Positions 47,400-56,613 of a DNA stretch of 64,000 nucleotides are shown in pieces. The notes beneath the pieces were generated by a model. It did not search any database. It was not told the DNA's origin and saw nothing but the letters and a program-made list of their open reading frames with translations. Source of the DNA: Armatimonadota bacterium (GTDB lineage: Bacteria > Armatimonadota > Zipacnadia > Zipacnadales > Zipacnadaceae); NCBI GenBank assembly GCA_036504235.1, contig DASXVN010000046.1:138812-202811 (forward strand), read 5' to 3'. Numbering within the stretch: position 1 is the stretch's first letter; each line of letters starts with the position of its first letter. A program made the translations under genes and the position numbers.

Positions 47400-48596
47400 T
47401 CAGACCAGGCGGCTGAGCAGGCTGCGCTGCACGCCGATCGCGTCCTGGGGACAGGCCTCCATGCAGCAGAAGCACTCCAGGCAGCGGGCGCGATCAATGA
47501 CCGCCTGGGCGCGCAGGCTGATACAATGCGCCGGGCAGATCGCCGCGCACCGGCCGCACCGGGTGCAGAGCTTGCCGGCCACGCGCGGGCGCACGTAGAT
47601 CAGCTTCCCGGCGGCCTGCCCCAGCCAGCGCGGGAAGTGCTCCGGTGGACGCGGGGCGGGTCGCAAGTGGCCGCGCAGGCTCGCCGGGTCAGCCCCTACT
47701 ATTTCAATACGCTCCAAGTCGCCGCAGCCGTACCCGGCGGTGGCCGCCGCCACCGTAGTCGCAATCGAGCCGGGCGCAAAGCCGGCCAGCGACGCGGCCA
47801 CGGCGTCCACCGCGACCGCATCGGCCCCGGCGGCCAGCCAACCGAGCGGCTTGGCCGCGCCGTGGGTGGGCCCGGAGCCCTCCATCGCCACCACCGCGTC
47901 CACGAGCGAGACCTCCGGCGGGCGGGCGGCAAAGGTGTCCACGATCCCCTCGCTCAGCTCCCGCCCCGCCACCAGCGCGTGCAGGTCAATCCGCTGCCGG
48001 GGGGCGACCAGGCCGAACATGTTCTTCACCGCGCCGGTCAACACCGTCTGGGTGTGAGTTTTGAGCTTGGCGAGGTTGACCACCGCGTCCACCTCCGCCA
48101 GCCACGCGGAGAGTTGCGCCTCCCGAATCTGGTAGGGGTGGGGGACGGGGTAGGCCGCATAGCCCCGGCTGGCGGCCAGCGCCCACTCCACCGGCAAGTG
48201 CGCCAGGGCTTCGCGGTAGCCGGAGGAGGTAAAGACCTCGTCCGCCTGCTCCTTATGCACGTAGGCCGGCTGGTCGCAGACCAGCAGGGAGCAGCCCGCC
48301 TCATGGAGTATCTCGGCCACCACGCGCAGGACTTGCGGGTGCGTGCAGATGGCAAACTCCGGCCCGCGCGGGTTCACCAGGTTGGGCTTGAGCATGACGC
48401 GTCGTCCGTCGCGCGCCACTTCGCCCCACGCGGGCAGGGCCGCCAGGGCCGAGGTCACGGCGGAACGCACGCGTGCGGGGTCATAGTCGGGGCAGGCGTG
48501 CAGCGCGACCAGCGCAGGGGGTGCGGCCGGATGGGTCGCCGAGAAGGTCTGGCTCACAGCGCCGCTCAATATAGCACACAACCGGCCTACTGTCAC
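47400..48596 (-). CDS. DUF362 domain protein with a C-terminal 2x[4Fe-4S] ferredoxin motif
   Basis: 'ACPDYDPARV...RVMLKPNLV' is the DUF362 N-terminus. C-terminus 'CTRCGRCAAICP...CLECFCCMEACP'. The true start is probably downstream of 48596, since the listed N-terminal 30 aa are not conserved-looking. Confidence 0.7.
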   Translation of the reverse strand: MTVGRLCAILSGAVSQTFSATHPAAPPALVALHACPDYDPARVRSAVTSALAALPAWGEVARDGRRVMLKPNLVNPRGPEFAICTHPQVLRVVAEILHEAGCSLLVCDQPAYVHKEQADEVFTSSGYREALAHLPVEWALAASRGYAAYPVPHPYQIREAQLSAWLAEVDAVVNLAKLKTHTQTVLTGAVKNMFGLVAPRQRIDLHALVAGRELSEGIVDTFAARPPEVSLVDAVVAMEGSGPTHGAAKPLGWLAAGADAVAVDAVAASLAGFAPGSIATTVAAATAGYGCGDLERIEIVGADPASLRGHLRPAPRPPEHFPRWLGQAAGKLIYVRPRVAGKLCTRCGRCAAICPAHCISLRAQAVIDRARCLECFCCMEACPQDAIGVQRSLLSRLV

Positions 48597-48619
48597 TCGG
48601 CTCGCTCCCGGGAGGGTGG

Positions 48620-49303
48620 ATGGCGCAGCGCACGCAATATCGCGTTCTGATCCCCCAGAAGGACCTCGCCGGCGCCAAGACGCGCCTGCGGGCCGTCCTG
48701 AGCGCTGCGGACCGCCACTACCTCACCCTGGCCCTGCTGCGCCGCACCCTGGAAGTCTGCGCCCAGCTCCCCGCTTCCGGCGGTCTGCTAGTCAGCGGAC
48801 CCTCGGAGTTGGCCGAGCTGGTCGCGAGCGTGGGGGCGACACTGCTGCCCGGGGGCCGCGCCGGGATGCGCCGCGACATCACCGAGGCTGCCCGCGTCGC
48901 GGCGAGCGGCGACCACGCCCTGCTCATCGTCTCCGGCGACATGCCGCTGGTTAACCTCCCCGATCTGGAGCGCGTGTTGGCGGAATGGCGGGCCGGGCGG
49001 GAGGTCGTCCTGGTCCCTGACCACCGCCGCCGGGGCACCAATGTCATGCTGGTGGACCGCCCTGAGGCCTTCCCCTACGCCTTCGGCGGCGCGCTGCTGG
49101 GGGGTAGTTTCGAGGCTCACTTCAACACCGCGGAGGGCCTGGACCTGTCCGTTGCGGTGGTGGAGTCGCCCGCCCTGGCTTTGGACCTCGATCTTCCCGC
49201 TGATCTGGCGCGATTCCTGCTGCAAGCTCCGGACGATCCGCTGGCCCAGTTCTGCCGCGAGCGAGCCCGCGAGAAATTCCTGCCCGACACGCCCCGGGAC
49301 TGA
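48620..49303 (+). CDS. CofC/FbiD-like 2-phospho-L-lactate guanylyltransferase family (MobA-like NTP-transferase fold)
   Basis: ATG follows GGGAGGGTGG. 'YRVLIPQKDLAGAKTRLRAVLSAADRHYLTLALLRRTL' and 'ALLIVSGDMPLVNLPDLERVL' match the CofC architecture. 227 aa. Confidence 0.65.
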   Translation: MAQRTQYRVLIPQKDLAGAKTRLRAVLSAADRHYLTLALLRRTLEVCAQLPASGGLLVSGPSELAELVASVGATLLPGGRAGMRRDITEAARVAASGDHALLIVSGDMPLVNLPDLERVLAEWRAGREVVLVPDHRRRGTNVMLVDRPEAFPYAFGGALLGGSFEAHFNTAEGLDLSVAVVESPALALDLDLPADLARFLLQAPDDPLAQFCRERAREKFLPDTPRD

Positions 49304-49311
49304 ACTATTGC

Positions 49312-49340
49312 TTGGCATCGTCCGTAAAAGAGGGTATAAT
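49312..49340 (+). promoter_or_regulatory. near-consensus sigma70-type promoter (TTGGCA-17 nt-TATAAT) upstream of the OMP gene
   Basis: TTGGCA at 49312-49317, a 17-nt spacer, TATAAT at 49335-49340. Stands out in a GC-rich background. Implies a leader of about 120 nt before ATG 49466. Confidence 0.45.
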
Positions 49341-49465
49341 CATCGCGCCGCGAGTTGGGTCGCGGCCTCGTCAGAAAAAAGCTCTCTCCCGATGCAACTT
49401 CCGGGAGGACCAGAGTGTCAAAGACCGCACAGGAAGACTATAAGGGTGGAGTGCTCGTTTTCCCG

Positions 49466-52201
49466 ATGCCCAGGTTGACTACCGCCACAATCTGCGCACT
49501 ACTACTGCTGATCTGCGGCAGTTCCGGTCTACTCGCCGAGTCCTTGGTGAGTCAGTCGGCGCCGGAGTCGTTTTCCGCTGCTCAGGGAATCGCCGCCTCG
49601 CCCTCGCTAGTCCCCACCCGCAGCGCCCTGGAGTCGGTCATGTCGGCGGATGGCAAGTGGGCGCAGGGCGCCAACACCGGCGACCTCGGCAACAGCAACC
49701 TTAGCCTCGCCTTCGGCGGCGGCCTGAGCATGTCTCGCGCCGTGCGCAACTCCATGACCACGCTGCAGGGCGCCCCCCTGAACACGGGCCTGGTCCAGAA
49801 CCTCACCGATACCCTGAGTCTGGCCCTCGGCGCGCGTACGCAGTTCAGCTTTTCCCGTCAGCTAGACACTACCCAGAATCTTCTGTCCGATATGGTGGCC
49901 GGCAGCGAGACGCGCAAGATGGGGCTCACGCAGGGCTTCGGCTCGGGCGCCACGGCCGGCTCCTTCAGCTTCGAGCGGGGCTGGGCCACCGCCCTCAGCG
50001 GCAACTCCCTGGTCAAAACCAATATCCAGAGCATGGGCCTCACGACCGGCCTGGGTCATGGGCTCAGCTTGACCAGCAAATTCAACCAACAGTGGGACGG
50101 GCAGCAGTTCGGCAACAGCAGCAACGCCTTCGAGGCCGGCTTGGGGATGGCCCTCAGCGGCGGCCAGGGCGCGCTGTCTTTCGCCAGCACCGATACCACC
50201 GCCGGCCTGCACCGGAGCGGCAGCGACCTGATCAAGCTCGCTGCGCCCTTCGCGATGTTCGGCGGCAAAGCAAACTTCGCGACTACGCGCAAGGTCTCGT
50301 ACGCCGACGCCAGCCAGGTGGCGGACGACCTCACCACTCTGGCGTTGCCCCTACCCGGCGGCCTCGCTTTCAGCGGCAACCTGCACGAGGTGGCCTCCTC
50401 GGTCCCCGGTGGGCAGATGCTGCACGATCAGGGCTGGGCCCTGGACTTCCCCTCCTTCTTCGGTAAGAAGGGCCACTTCGATACTCAACGCCTCAACCAG
50501 AACCAAACCGGGCTGGTCAAGGCGCTTTCCGTTGACAATCTGGTCCTCCCGCTGGGGTTCGTGGACCACAAGGGAATCCTGGAGTACCACGCCAAGGACG
50601 AGGTCACGAACGGCCAGACGGTGCGCACCACCTCCGGGCAGTTCGCCACGCCGCTGCCCCTAGCCGGCAACCAGGCGACCCTGGCGTACACTATGAAGGA
50701 CAACCAGGCCGCCGGCGCTGCTCGCCTCTGGGAGAACGCGCTGGCTGCCTTCGTGCCGGTCAAGATGTTCGGCGACACCAGCCGCCTCGACTACCGCACC
50801 AGCACTTCGAGCAATGCCGGGGTCGTAACGCGAGACACTCTCTTGTCGCTGGGCTTGGTGCTGACTTCCTGGCGCAAGGGCGTCTTCTTCAACCAGTCCT
50901 ACGAGAGCCTTTCCACCGCTGGCGTGGACAGCACGGTGCTGACCAGTGTCTTTGGCACTCCCTGGCGGGGATTTGGCACCTCGGGCGACTTCAAGCAGCA
51001 GTACATCACGACCCAGTTTGCCACCGGTACGCAGGAGCGGCTGGTTAGCGATCTGAGTGCGGTCGTCAACCATGAGCGCTTCACCCTACAGCGCGACCTG
51101 ATCAACTCCAATAACGGTGGAGTGTCGCAGGTGCGGGACATGTTGGCCTTGCAGACGCCGCGCTTCCAGCTCTTTACTCCCCGGGCCACCTTTGCGGTGG
51201 GCCGGACCCAGATCTCGGATACGGCCAATCCCGACACCACGACCACCACCGTGGACGTCAGCGCTCAGCCCGCCAAGAGCGTGACCATCGCCGCGCGAAT
51301 GCAGCAAAACACGGCGGACCCCGGCACCGATCTGACCACGCAGCAAGTGGTCACCTCCGTGGCCCTCGGGCCCCGCGCTTCTCTGCAAGGGCGCATGGAG
51401 TCGCGCGACCAGAGTGATCAGGTCTCCCAGACCACGCTGCGGTCGGTGCAGTTCAAGTCGGAGAAGGCCGGCGCCACCGGACTGGGGCTATTGGTCGGCT
51501 ACGCCAACTGGGACCAGCCCGGCGCGACGACGGCCAGCGACGGCGAGGATGTGCAGGTGACCGTGGGCGATCCTGCGAAGGGTCTCTCGGTAGCCGCGCA
51601 GGTCACGGGCTACGACGCCACCAACCTTACGCCCTACGTGGACCCGCTGGTCAAGATCTCAGTCAGCCACGGCCAGCCCTCCGGCCTGAACGTGAAGGTC
51701 GCCTACGGTGACCAAGCCGGTCAGATCGCTCCGCAGCGCAGTTGCGCCTTGGGCATGCCCGCGTTAGGCGGTAGTGTCCAGTTGGCCTACGCGCAGAATC
51801 CCATGGATCGGTTCAACAAGACCATCCTGCTGGCGGACCGCTACGATGCCAGCCTACAGCGCTCCGTGGCTGGGCTGGACCTGAAGCTGGACTATCGCGT
51901 CTACGACTTCCGCGAGGCCACGGCCGTAAACAGCGGGCAGCAGTTCTACCGGCTGCAGCTGGCCGGCGGTGCCGAGAACCAGGGCGGCAAGCTCGCTCTG
52001 GGCTACAGCATGGGCGATTTTGTGCCCCAGCCCGACCCGAACACCGCCGTGTCCTCGACCGTCCTGGACCTGTCGTACAGCCGGCGCTGGGCTGACAATG
52101 GCCGCTTTATCGTCACCCTGCAGCGCAACACCCCGCCCACCAGCAGCACGCAGCTTCAGGAGTCCATGACGGGGCGGCTGGAGTACAGCGCCGTCTTCTA
52201 G
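49466..52201 (+). CDS. predicted outer-membrane beta-barrel protein (Gly/Ser/Thr/Asn/Gln-rich, C-terminal Phe)
   Basis: Signal peptide 'MPRLTTATICALLLLICGSSGLLA'. Alternating amphipathic beta-strand pattern throughout. Terminal 'LEYSAVF' is typical of OMP C-termini. A near-consensus promoter sits about 120 nt upstream. Confidence 0.65.
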   Translation: MPRLTTATICALLLLICGSSGLLAESLVSQSAPESFSAAQGIAASPSLVPTRSALESVMSADGKWAQGANTGDLGNSNLSLAFGGGLSMSRAVRNSMTTLQGAPLNTGLVQNLTDTLSLALGARTQFSFSRQLDTTQNLLSDMVAGSETRKMGLTQGFGSGATAGSFSFERGWATALSGNSLVKTNIQSMGLTTGLGHGLSLTSKFNQQWDGQQFGNSSNAFEAGLGMALSGGQGALSFASTDTTAGLHRSGSDLIKLAAPFAMFGGKANFATTRKVSYADASQVADDLTTLALPLPGGLAFSGNLHEVASSVPGGQMLHDQGWALDFPSFFGKKGHFDTQRLNQNQTGLVKALSVDNLVLPLGFVDHKGILEYHAKDEVTNGQTVRTTSGQFATPLPLAGNQATLAYTMKDNQAAGAARLWENALAAFVPVKMFGDTSRLDYRTSTSSNAGVVTRDTLLSLGLVLTSWRKGVFFNQSYESLSTAGVDSTVLTSVFGTPWRGFGTSGDFKQQYITTQFATGTQERLVSDLSAVVNHERFTLQRDLINSNNGGVSQVRDMLALQTPRFQLFTPRATFAVGRTQISDTANPDTTTTTVDVSAQPAKSVTIAARMQQNTADPGTDLTTQQVVTSVALGPRASLQGRMESRDQSDQVSQTTLRSVQFKSEKAGATGLGLLVGYANWDQPGATTASDGEDVQVTVGDPAKGLSVAAQVTGYDATNLTPYVDPLVKISVSHGQPSGLNVKVAYGDQAGQIAPQRSCALGMPALGGSVQLAYAQNPMDRFNKTILLADRYDASLQRSVAGLDLKLDYRVYDFREATAVNSGQQFYRLQLAGGAENQGGKLALGYSMGDFVPQPDPNTAVSSTVLDLSYSRRWADNGRFIVTLQRNTPPTSSTQLQESMTGRLEYSAVF

Positions 52202-52259
52202 CGCGGCGGCTCGCCCTCGCTGGCTCTCACCGCTGAATCCCGGCCCCGGAGGTATCGCT

Positions 52260-52643
52260 GTGACCACCCCGCTTGTCTGCCCCTATCGCTACCTACTCAA
52301 GGGCCGCACCTTCTGTTCGCTGGCCGTGGAGGAATCACGCTATGCGCAGAGCGAGGTCATCCCGCCCACCTGCGCAGCCTGCCCGATTCCCGAGCTGATC
52401 CGCGAGCATGCCTGCGGGCGCTTCAGCCTGGGGGTGCAGATCAGCGTGTACGGGGGGCGGCAGGTGGTGGAAATGCACTACGTGAGCTGCGAGGTGACCG
52501 TGGAGCGCCTGCTGGAGGTGGACGGCTGCACCGCCCAAGCGTGCCCCTACTGGGAGGCGTTTGACGAGGAAGCGGCCCGCCGGATCGCCGAGCAGGCGCG
52601 CGAGCGCCAGTTGGAGCGCGAGGGGCAGTCCCACCAGTCCTAG
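52260..52643 (+). CDS. small Cys-rich hypothetical protein (127 aa, at least 9 Cys, including C-x-x-C-P pairs)
   Basis: GTG 52260 is 9 nt after GGAGGT. 'CPYRY...CSLAV...CAACPIP...HACGRF...CEVTV...DGCTAQACPYWEAF'. Its stop overlaps the convergent gene's stop by 4 nt. Confidence 0.45.
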   Translation: MTTPLVCPYRYLLKGRTFCSLAVEESRYAQSEVIPPTCAACPIPELIREHACGRFSLGVQISVYGGRQVVEMHYVSCEVTVERLLEVDGCTAQACPYWEAFDEEAARRIAEQARERQLEREGQSHQS

Positions 52644-53764
52644 GGCCGGACCGCCACCGCCTGCGCGCGGGTCCCCGAGTGCTTCACCACGGTCAGCTCC
52701 ATCAGGCTCGTGTCGCCGGCTTGCGGGCGTACCTCGTAGGCCAGCCGGTTGCCCTCCGTACGGGCCACCGGCGTGGGGCTGGTCAGCTCCCAGGCGGCGG
52801 TCGTCATCTCCCACAGCCGCACCGTGATTGCCTCGGGCGTGTAGTTGCGGACCTCCAGGCGGTACTCCTCGGTCAGGTCGGAGCCGGTGACCTGGCGCAG
52901 CGTGTCGAAATCCACCACCGTCTTCGCCTCCCGCACCAGCGTCCGGCGCACCACCACGTCGGCGGTGTCGCGCAGCGCAATGGCTACTTTGCCCTGCGCT
53001 GGCCCGGGCAGGGGCCCGACCGCCAGCGGCAGCCGCTCGGCCGTCACCGGGTCGGCCACGCTCAGGTCGCCCGGAGCGAGCGCGCCCCAGGTGGCCAGTT
53101 GCGCCGGGGTCAGCGCCAGTTCCAGCCTCTCATGCACCGCCCCGCCGTCATACTCATACACGCGCTCCCCGGCCAGGTCCGCCAGGACCGCCACTTCCTC
53201 CACGCGCTCCACTCCCGGCGGCAGCACCAGCGCGCCGTGGGTTCGGAACGCCGCCGGTCCCAGGGCTCCCGCCGCCCCGGCCATCGCGTACTCCGCGCCC
53301 GCCAATGCCAGCGGCTGGGGCAGACCATTGGTCAGGCGCAGGAAGACGCGCAGGGACCCGTGGCCGTCCTCCCAGTCGAGGCGATAGGACAACTTGGTGG
53401 TGAGTTGGGGCAGGTCATAGAAGATCGCCATTTGGTAGTCGCCGGCCGCGTCGGCTGCCACGGTCCAGGCGCGGCCCCCCAGCGTTGGTTCCTCGCGCCA
53501 GCGCACCACCCGCGCCCCGGCGGGGGTCAGGGTGAGCGTGTCGACTTTTGCGGGCAGATCAGGACCCCAGCCGACCAGCTCCGTCTCTCCGGCAGGCAGA
53601 TGCACGCTGAATATCTCGATGATCTTGGTGATCCCGCCCGGTGTGCAGACCGCGGTGCGCGGCTGACCCTCCCGGCCCACCACCAAAAGCGGCGCGGCCG
53701 CTTCGGCGGAGGGGAGCAGCGTGAGCAGGACTAGACTGGCGGCTAGGGCAACGTGAAAGCGCAT
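52640..53764 (-). CDS. secreted hypothetical protein (374 aa)
   Basis: Signal peptide 'MRFHVALAASLVLLTLLPSAEAAAP'. No recognisable domain. Confidence 0.6.
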   Translation of the reverse strand: MRFHVALAASLVLLTLLPSAEAAAPLLVVGREGQPRTAVCTPGGITKIIEIFSVHLPAGETELVGWGPDLPAKVDTLTLTPAGARVVRWREEPTLGGRAWTVAADAAGDYQMAIFYDLPQLTTKLSYRLDWEDGHGSLRVFLRLTNGLPQPLALAGAEYAMAGAAGALGPAAFRTHGALVLPPGVERVEEVAVLADLAGERVYEYDGGAVHERLELALTPAQLATWGALAPGDLSVADPVTAERLPLAVGPLPGPAQGKVAIALRDTADVVVRRTLVREAKTVVDFDTLRQVTGSDLTEEYRLEVRNYTPEAITVRLWEMTTAAWELTSPTPVARTEGNRLAYEVRPQAGDTSLMELTVVKHSGTRAQAVAVRP

Positions 53765-56484
53765 GTTTTGGTACTCCCTCCCGGGGATTGCACGTAGACG
53801 CGGGCTTCATAGTGGCCTTCGCTGCCGGCGGGCAGGGCCACGCGCCACTCGAGACTTACCGGCGTGCCCGGCGCCGCTTGCACCTGGCGGGGGGGCAGGG
53901 CGAGGCCCAGACCCATCACGTAGCCGGCCAGGGCCTCGGTGGCGGTCTGCGCTCCGGCATTAGCCAGTTGCGCTTTGACCACCAGTTGATTCAGGCCCAG
54001 CGGGTGCTCCACCTGCACCCCCATGACCACTAGACGCGGAGCGGGCGGGCCGATCTCCGCGAGCAGTGTCCGGCTGAGAGTCGCCGCCGCGTCGCTGACC
54101 TGCGCAACCAATGGGTAGCGCCCCGGCGGCAGGTCGTGCGGATGCCACCAGAAGGCCGCGGTCTGCGTCTCCCCGGGGGCCAGCCGCAGTTGCTGAACGG
54201 CGGGCTGCAACCGCCCGGAGGGGGGGAGCAGCTCCACCGCTACCGTGCGCGCCGCGGCTCCCAGGTTGGCGACTTGCACCTGCACCTCGCCGGCCTCCCC
54301 GCCCTGGAGCGCGGTGACAAACTGGCTGGGCCGGACCGCCAGGCCCTGCTGCGCCCAGCCGCTGTGGGAGAGCACATCCAGGCGCCAGTCGTACAGCGCG
54401 CCGGTGGCCATGACGTTGAGTACGGTGAAATCCCCGGGGCCGGCGGGCCGGAAGACCGCCCAGCCCTGCTCGTCGGTGACCGCCGAGCGCGCCGCGTCGC
54501 CCAGATCCACCGTGACCCGCGCTGCCGCGACCGGCTGGCCCAGCTCGTCCACCACTTTGGCCCGCGCGCCCGCGCCGTCCTGCTTGGTTTCGCCCACGTG
54601 CAGGCGCTTCACGCCCTGCGGTCGCTGGTAGTCGTACCGCGCCGGCTCCTGCAGCGCGTCCGTGCGCCACTGCTGGTCAAAGTACCCGGCCTCCACGAAA
54701 TATGCGGCCTCGTAGCAGGTCACGGGTGGCTTGTCGTTCACATTCTTCACCCACGGCAACTGGGCCTGATCGGTGTTGAAGATCACGTAATCCGGGTACG
54801 CCCAGGGCAGCTTCTCCAGGTCGTAGCCCAGCCCCAGCCGCGCGGTGCCGTCGGCATGGGTCGCCCACTCGCCGGTGCACACCACCAGATAAGTGCAAAA
54901 ATCGCTTAGCGGGTTGGGGTAGGCCAGGAAGGCGCCGAACTGCGCGCCCCGGTAGTGCCGGTCGCCGCGCACCGTATCGCGCACCACGATCTCGCCCTCG
55001 CGCACCTCCACCGGCACCGGGGTCTGCTCGTAGGCCGAGCGCAGCAGGCGGCTGGACTCCACGGTGCCGAAAACCACCAGGGAGCGCTGCTCCAGCTCCG
55101 CCGGCGTGACCTCCGATTCCGGGCGTGCCTGCACGCTCTGGGCGTGCACATTGAAATCATTCCATTGCCGGCAGAAGGCCTCGGCCTCCCGGCGGTGCCG
55201 CTCGACGGCCTCCGCGTCGCCGGTCGTGCCATAGGCGACCAGGAAGGGCTGCTCTAGCGCTTCCCCGAGCGGCCCCTCCAGCCCGGCGCGTTTGCGCAGG
55301 CTGACCGGGGCGGGCGCGGTCTCCACCGGGGCCGAGGTCCAGCCGATCAGCTCCCCGCGCGGACTGCGCAGGGCGGTGAAACTCAGCGCTCGCGGCGGGC
55401 CCGTGTAGGCGGGGAAACCGTCCGCCCAGACCTCCACCGTCGGGGCCTCCGCCACCGGGGAGGTGCTCAGGGCCAGCCGGAACTCGTCCAAGTTGCTAGT
55501 CAGCGCCTCCACCGAGCGCGAGCGAGCCATCACCCGCAGCCGTCCGCCGACGCCCAACAGGTGCAGGCGATTCACCTCGCCCCAGTACAGCTTACCGTAG
55601 TTGAGGCTGGTGGTGCTGATGGTGAAAATGGTGGGGTTGGGCAGGCGGCGGCGGCTGTCGAAGAACTGGTAGATACGCTGCAGGTCGTTGGAGCCCCCGT
55701 GCCCGGCGTTGTCGTTCAGCACCATCTGCACGTCGAAGTCGCCCGCGTCCTGGAGCGCCCGCACCATGCGCAGGCCCTCCTCGGGCCAGACCACGGTGTC
55801 GCGGCCGCTGATCATGCACAGCAGCGCGCCCCACTGCAGCCGATCGAACCAGAAGAGCGGGGACATGGATTCGAGCAAGGGGCGGCGGAACTCCTCAATC
55901 GCGTCCGGGGCGTCCACGCGCGAGTACCATTTCTTGTGCCAGAGCCGGTAGTCGGTCCAGCCGTCCACCGGCGCGGCGGCGGCGAAGACGTCCGGGTGCA
56001 GCACTGCCTGGCGATAGGCTCCGGTGCCGCCCATGGAGACGCCGGTGAAGTAGAGCCGGTCGGGGTCGAGGTCAAAGCGCAGCGAGGCGTCCTTGACGAC
56101 CTCCTGCACCGCCACGTCGCCGATGCCCCCGTAGAAGTTCGGGCCGCGGGCGTTGATATTGATCAGCACCCAGCCGTGACCCTCCGCCCACTGCTTTTGC
56201 CACTCGGAGAAATCGGCGCTGACTCCCCAGCCGTAGCCGTGCCCGTGGAAGACCGCCGGGTAGCCGTGGCCGCCCTCCGGCGGCGGAGCAGCCGGCACGT
56301 ATATGCCGTAGGCGTGCTCGGTGTTGTCCACTTGGGAGGTGTACCAACTCAACTGGCCGGTACCCATGGGGAGGAAGTCAGCGCAGGCGAGACCGGGCAG
56401 CAGCCCGGCCAAGACGACCAGCAGGCCGGCCATGCTGGCCAGGAGGAGCCAATACGCTGAGGAACGTCGCAGCCGCTGCTTCAT
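53743..56484 (-). CDS. secreted alpha/beta-hydrolase (prolyl-oligopeptidase/S9-like esterase fold) with C-terminal CARDB/Ig-like repeats
   Basis: ATG 56484. Signal peptide 'MKQRLRRSSAYWLLLASMAGLLVVLAGLLPGLACA'. Nucleophile elbow 'YFTGVSMGGTGAY' (GxSxG). C-terminal repeats 'VQVANLGAAARTVAVELLPPSG' are CARDB-like. Confidence 0.75.
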   Translation of the reverse strand: MKQRLRRSSAYWLLLASMAGLLVVLAGLLPGLACADFLPMGTGQLSWYTSQVDNTEHAYGIYVPAAPPPEGGHGYPAVFHGHGYGWGVSADFSEWQKQWAEGHGWVLININARGPNFYGGIGDVAVQEVVKDASLRFDLDPDRLYFTGVSMGGTGAYRQAVLHPDVFAAAAPVDGWTDYRLWHKKWYSRVDAPDAIEEFRRPLLESMSPLFWFDRLQWGALLCMISGRDTVVWPEEGLRMVRALQDAGDFDVQMVLNDNAGHGGSNDLQRIYQFFDSRRRLPNPTIFTISTTSLNYGKLYWGEVNRLHLLGVGGRLRVMARSRSVEALTSNLDEFRLALSTSPVAEAPTVEVWADGFPAYTGPPRALSFTALRSPRGELIGWTSAPVETAPAPVSLRKRAGLEGPLGEALEQPFLVAYGTTGDAEAVERHRREAEAFCRQWNDFNVHAQSVQARPESEVTPAELEQRSLVVFGTVESSRLLRSAYEQTPVPVEVREGEIVVRDTVRGDRHYRGAQFGAFLAYPNPLSDFCTYLVVCTGEWATHADGTARLGLGYDLEKLPWAYPDYVIFNTDQAQLPWVKNVNDKPPVTCYEAAYFVEAGYFDQQWRTDALQEPARYDYQRPQGVKRLHVGETKQDGAGARAKVVDELGQPVAAARVTVDLGDAARSAVTDEQGWAVFRPAGPGDFTVLNVMATGALYDWRLDVLSHSGWAQQGLAVRPSQFVTALQGGEAGEVQVQVANLGAAARTVAVELLPPSGRLQPAVQQLRLAPGETQTAAFWWHPHDLPPGRYPLVAQVSDAAATLSRTLLAEIGPPAPRLVVMGVQVEHPLGLNQLVVKAQLANAGAQTATEALAGYVMGLGLALPPRQVQAAPGTPVSLEWRVALPAGSEGHYEARVYVQSPGGSTKTCAFTLP

Positions 56485-56553
56485 GGGCTGTCTCTCAGTT
56501 CTCTCCGGCGCCGGTGGATTCCTGCGTGCGAGGCGCCGCGACGGGTCCGGACG

Positions 56554-56590
56554 GCAAAACGGCCCGGTCGGGGGGACCGGGCCGTTTTGC
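56554..56590. terminator. perfect 16-bp hairpin with a GGGGG loop and flanking A-/T-tracts (bidirectional-terminator-like) inside a divergent intergenic region
   Basis: gcaaaacggcccggtc ggggg gaccgggccgttttgc. Lies 70 nt upstream of the hydrolase start at 56484 and about 260 nt upstream of the oxidoreductase ATG at 56851. Confidence 0.45.
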
Positions 56591-56613
56591 AGAAAGATCA
56601 AAGACTAACAAGA

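Noticed and set aside
47526-48650. 374-aa plus-strand ORF
   Set aside because: Antisense to the DUF362 gene, whose Fe-S Cys motifs support the minus-strand frame.
52679-56460. Plus-strand ORFs 52679..53734 and 55561..56460
   Set aside because: Antisense to the secreted hypothetical and alpha/beta-hydrolase genes.
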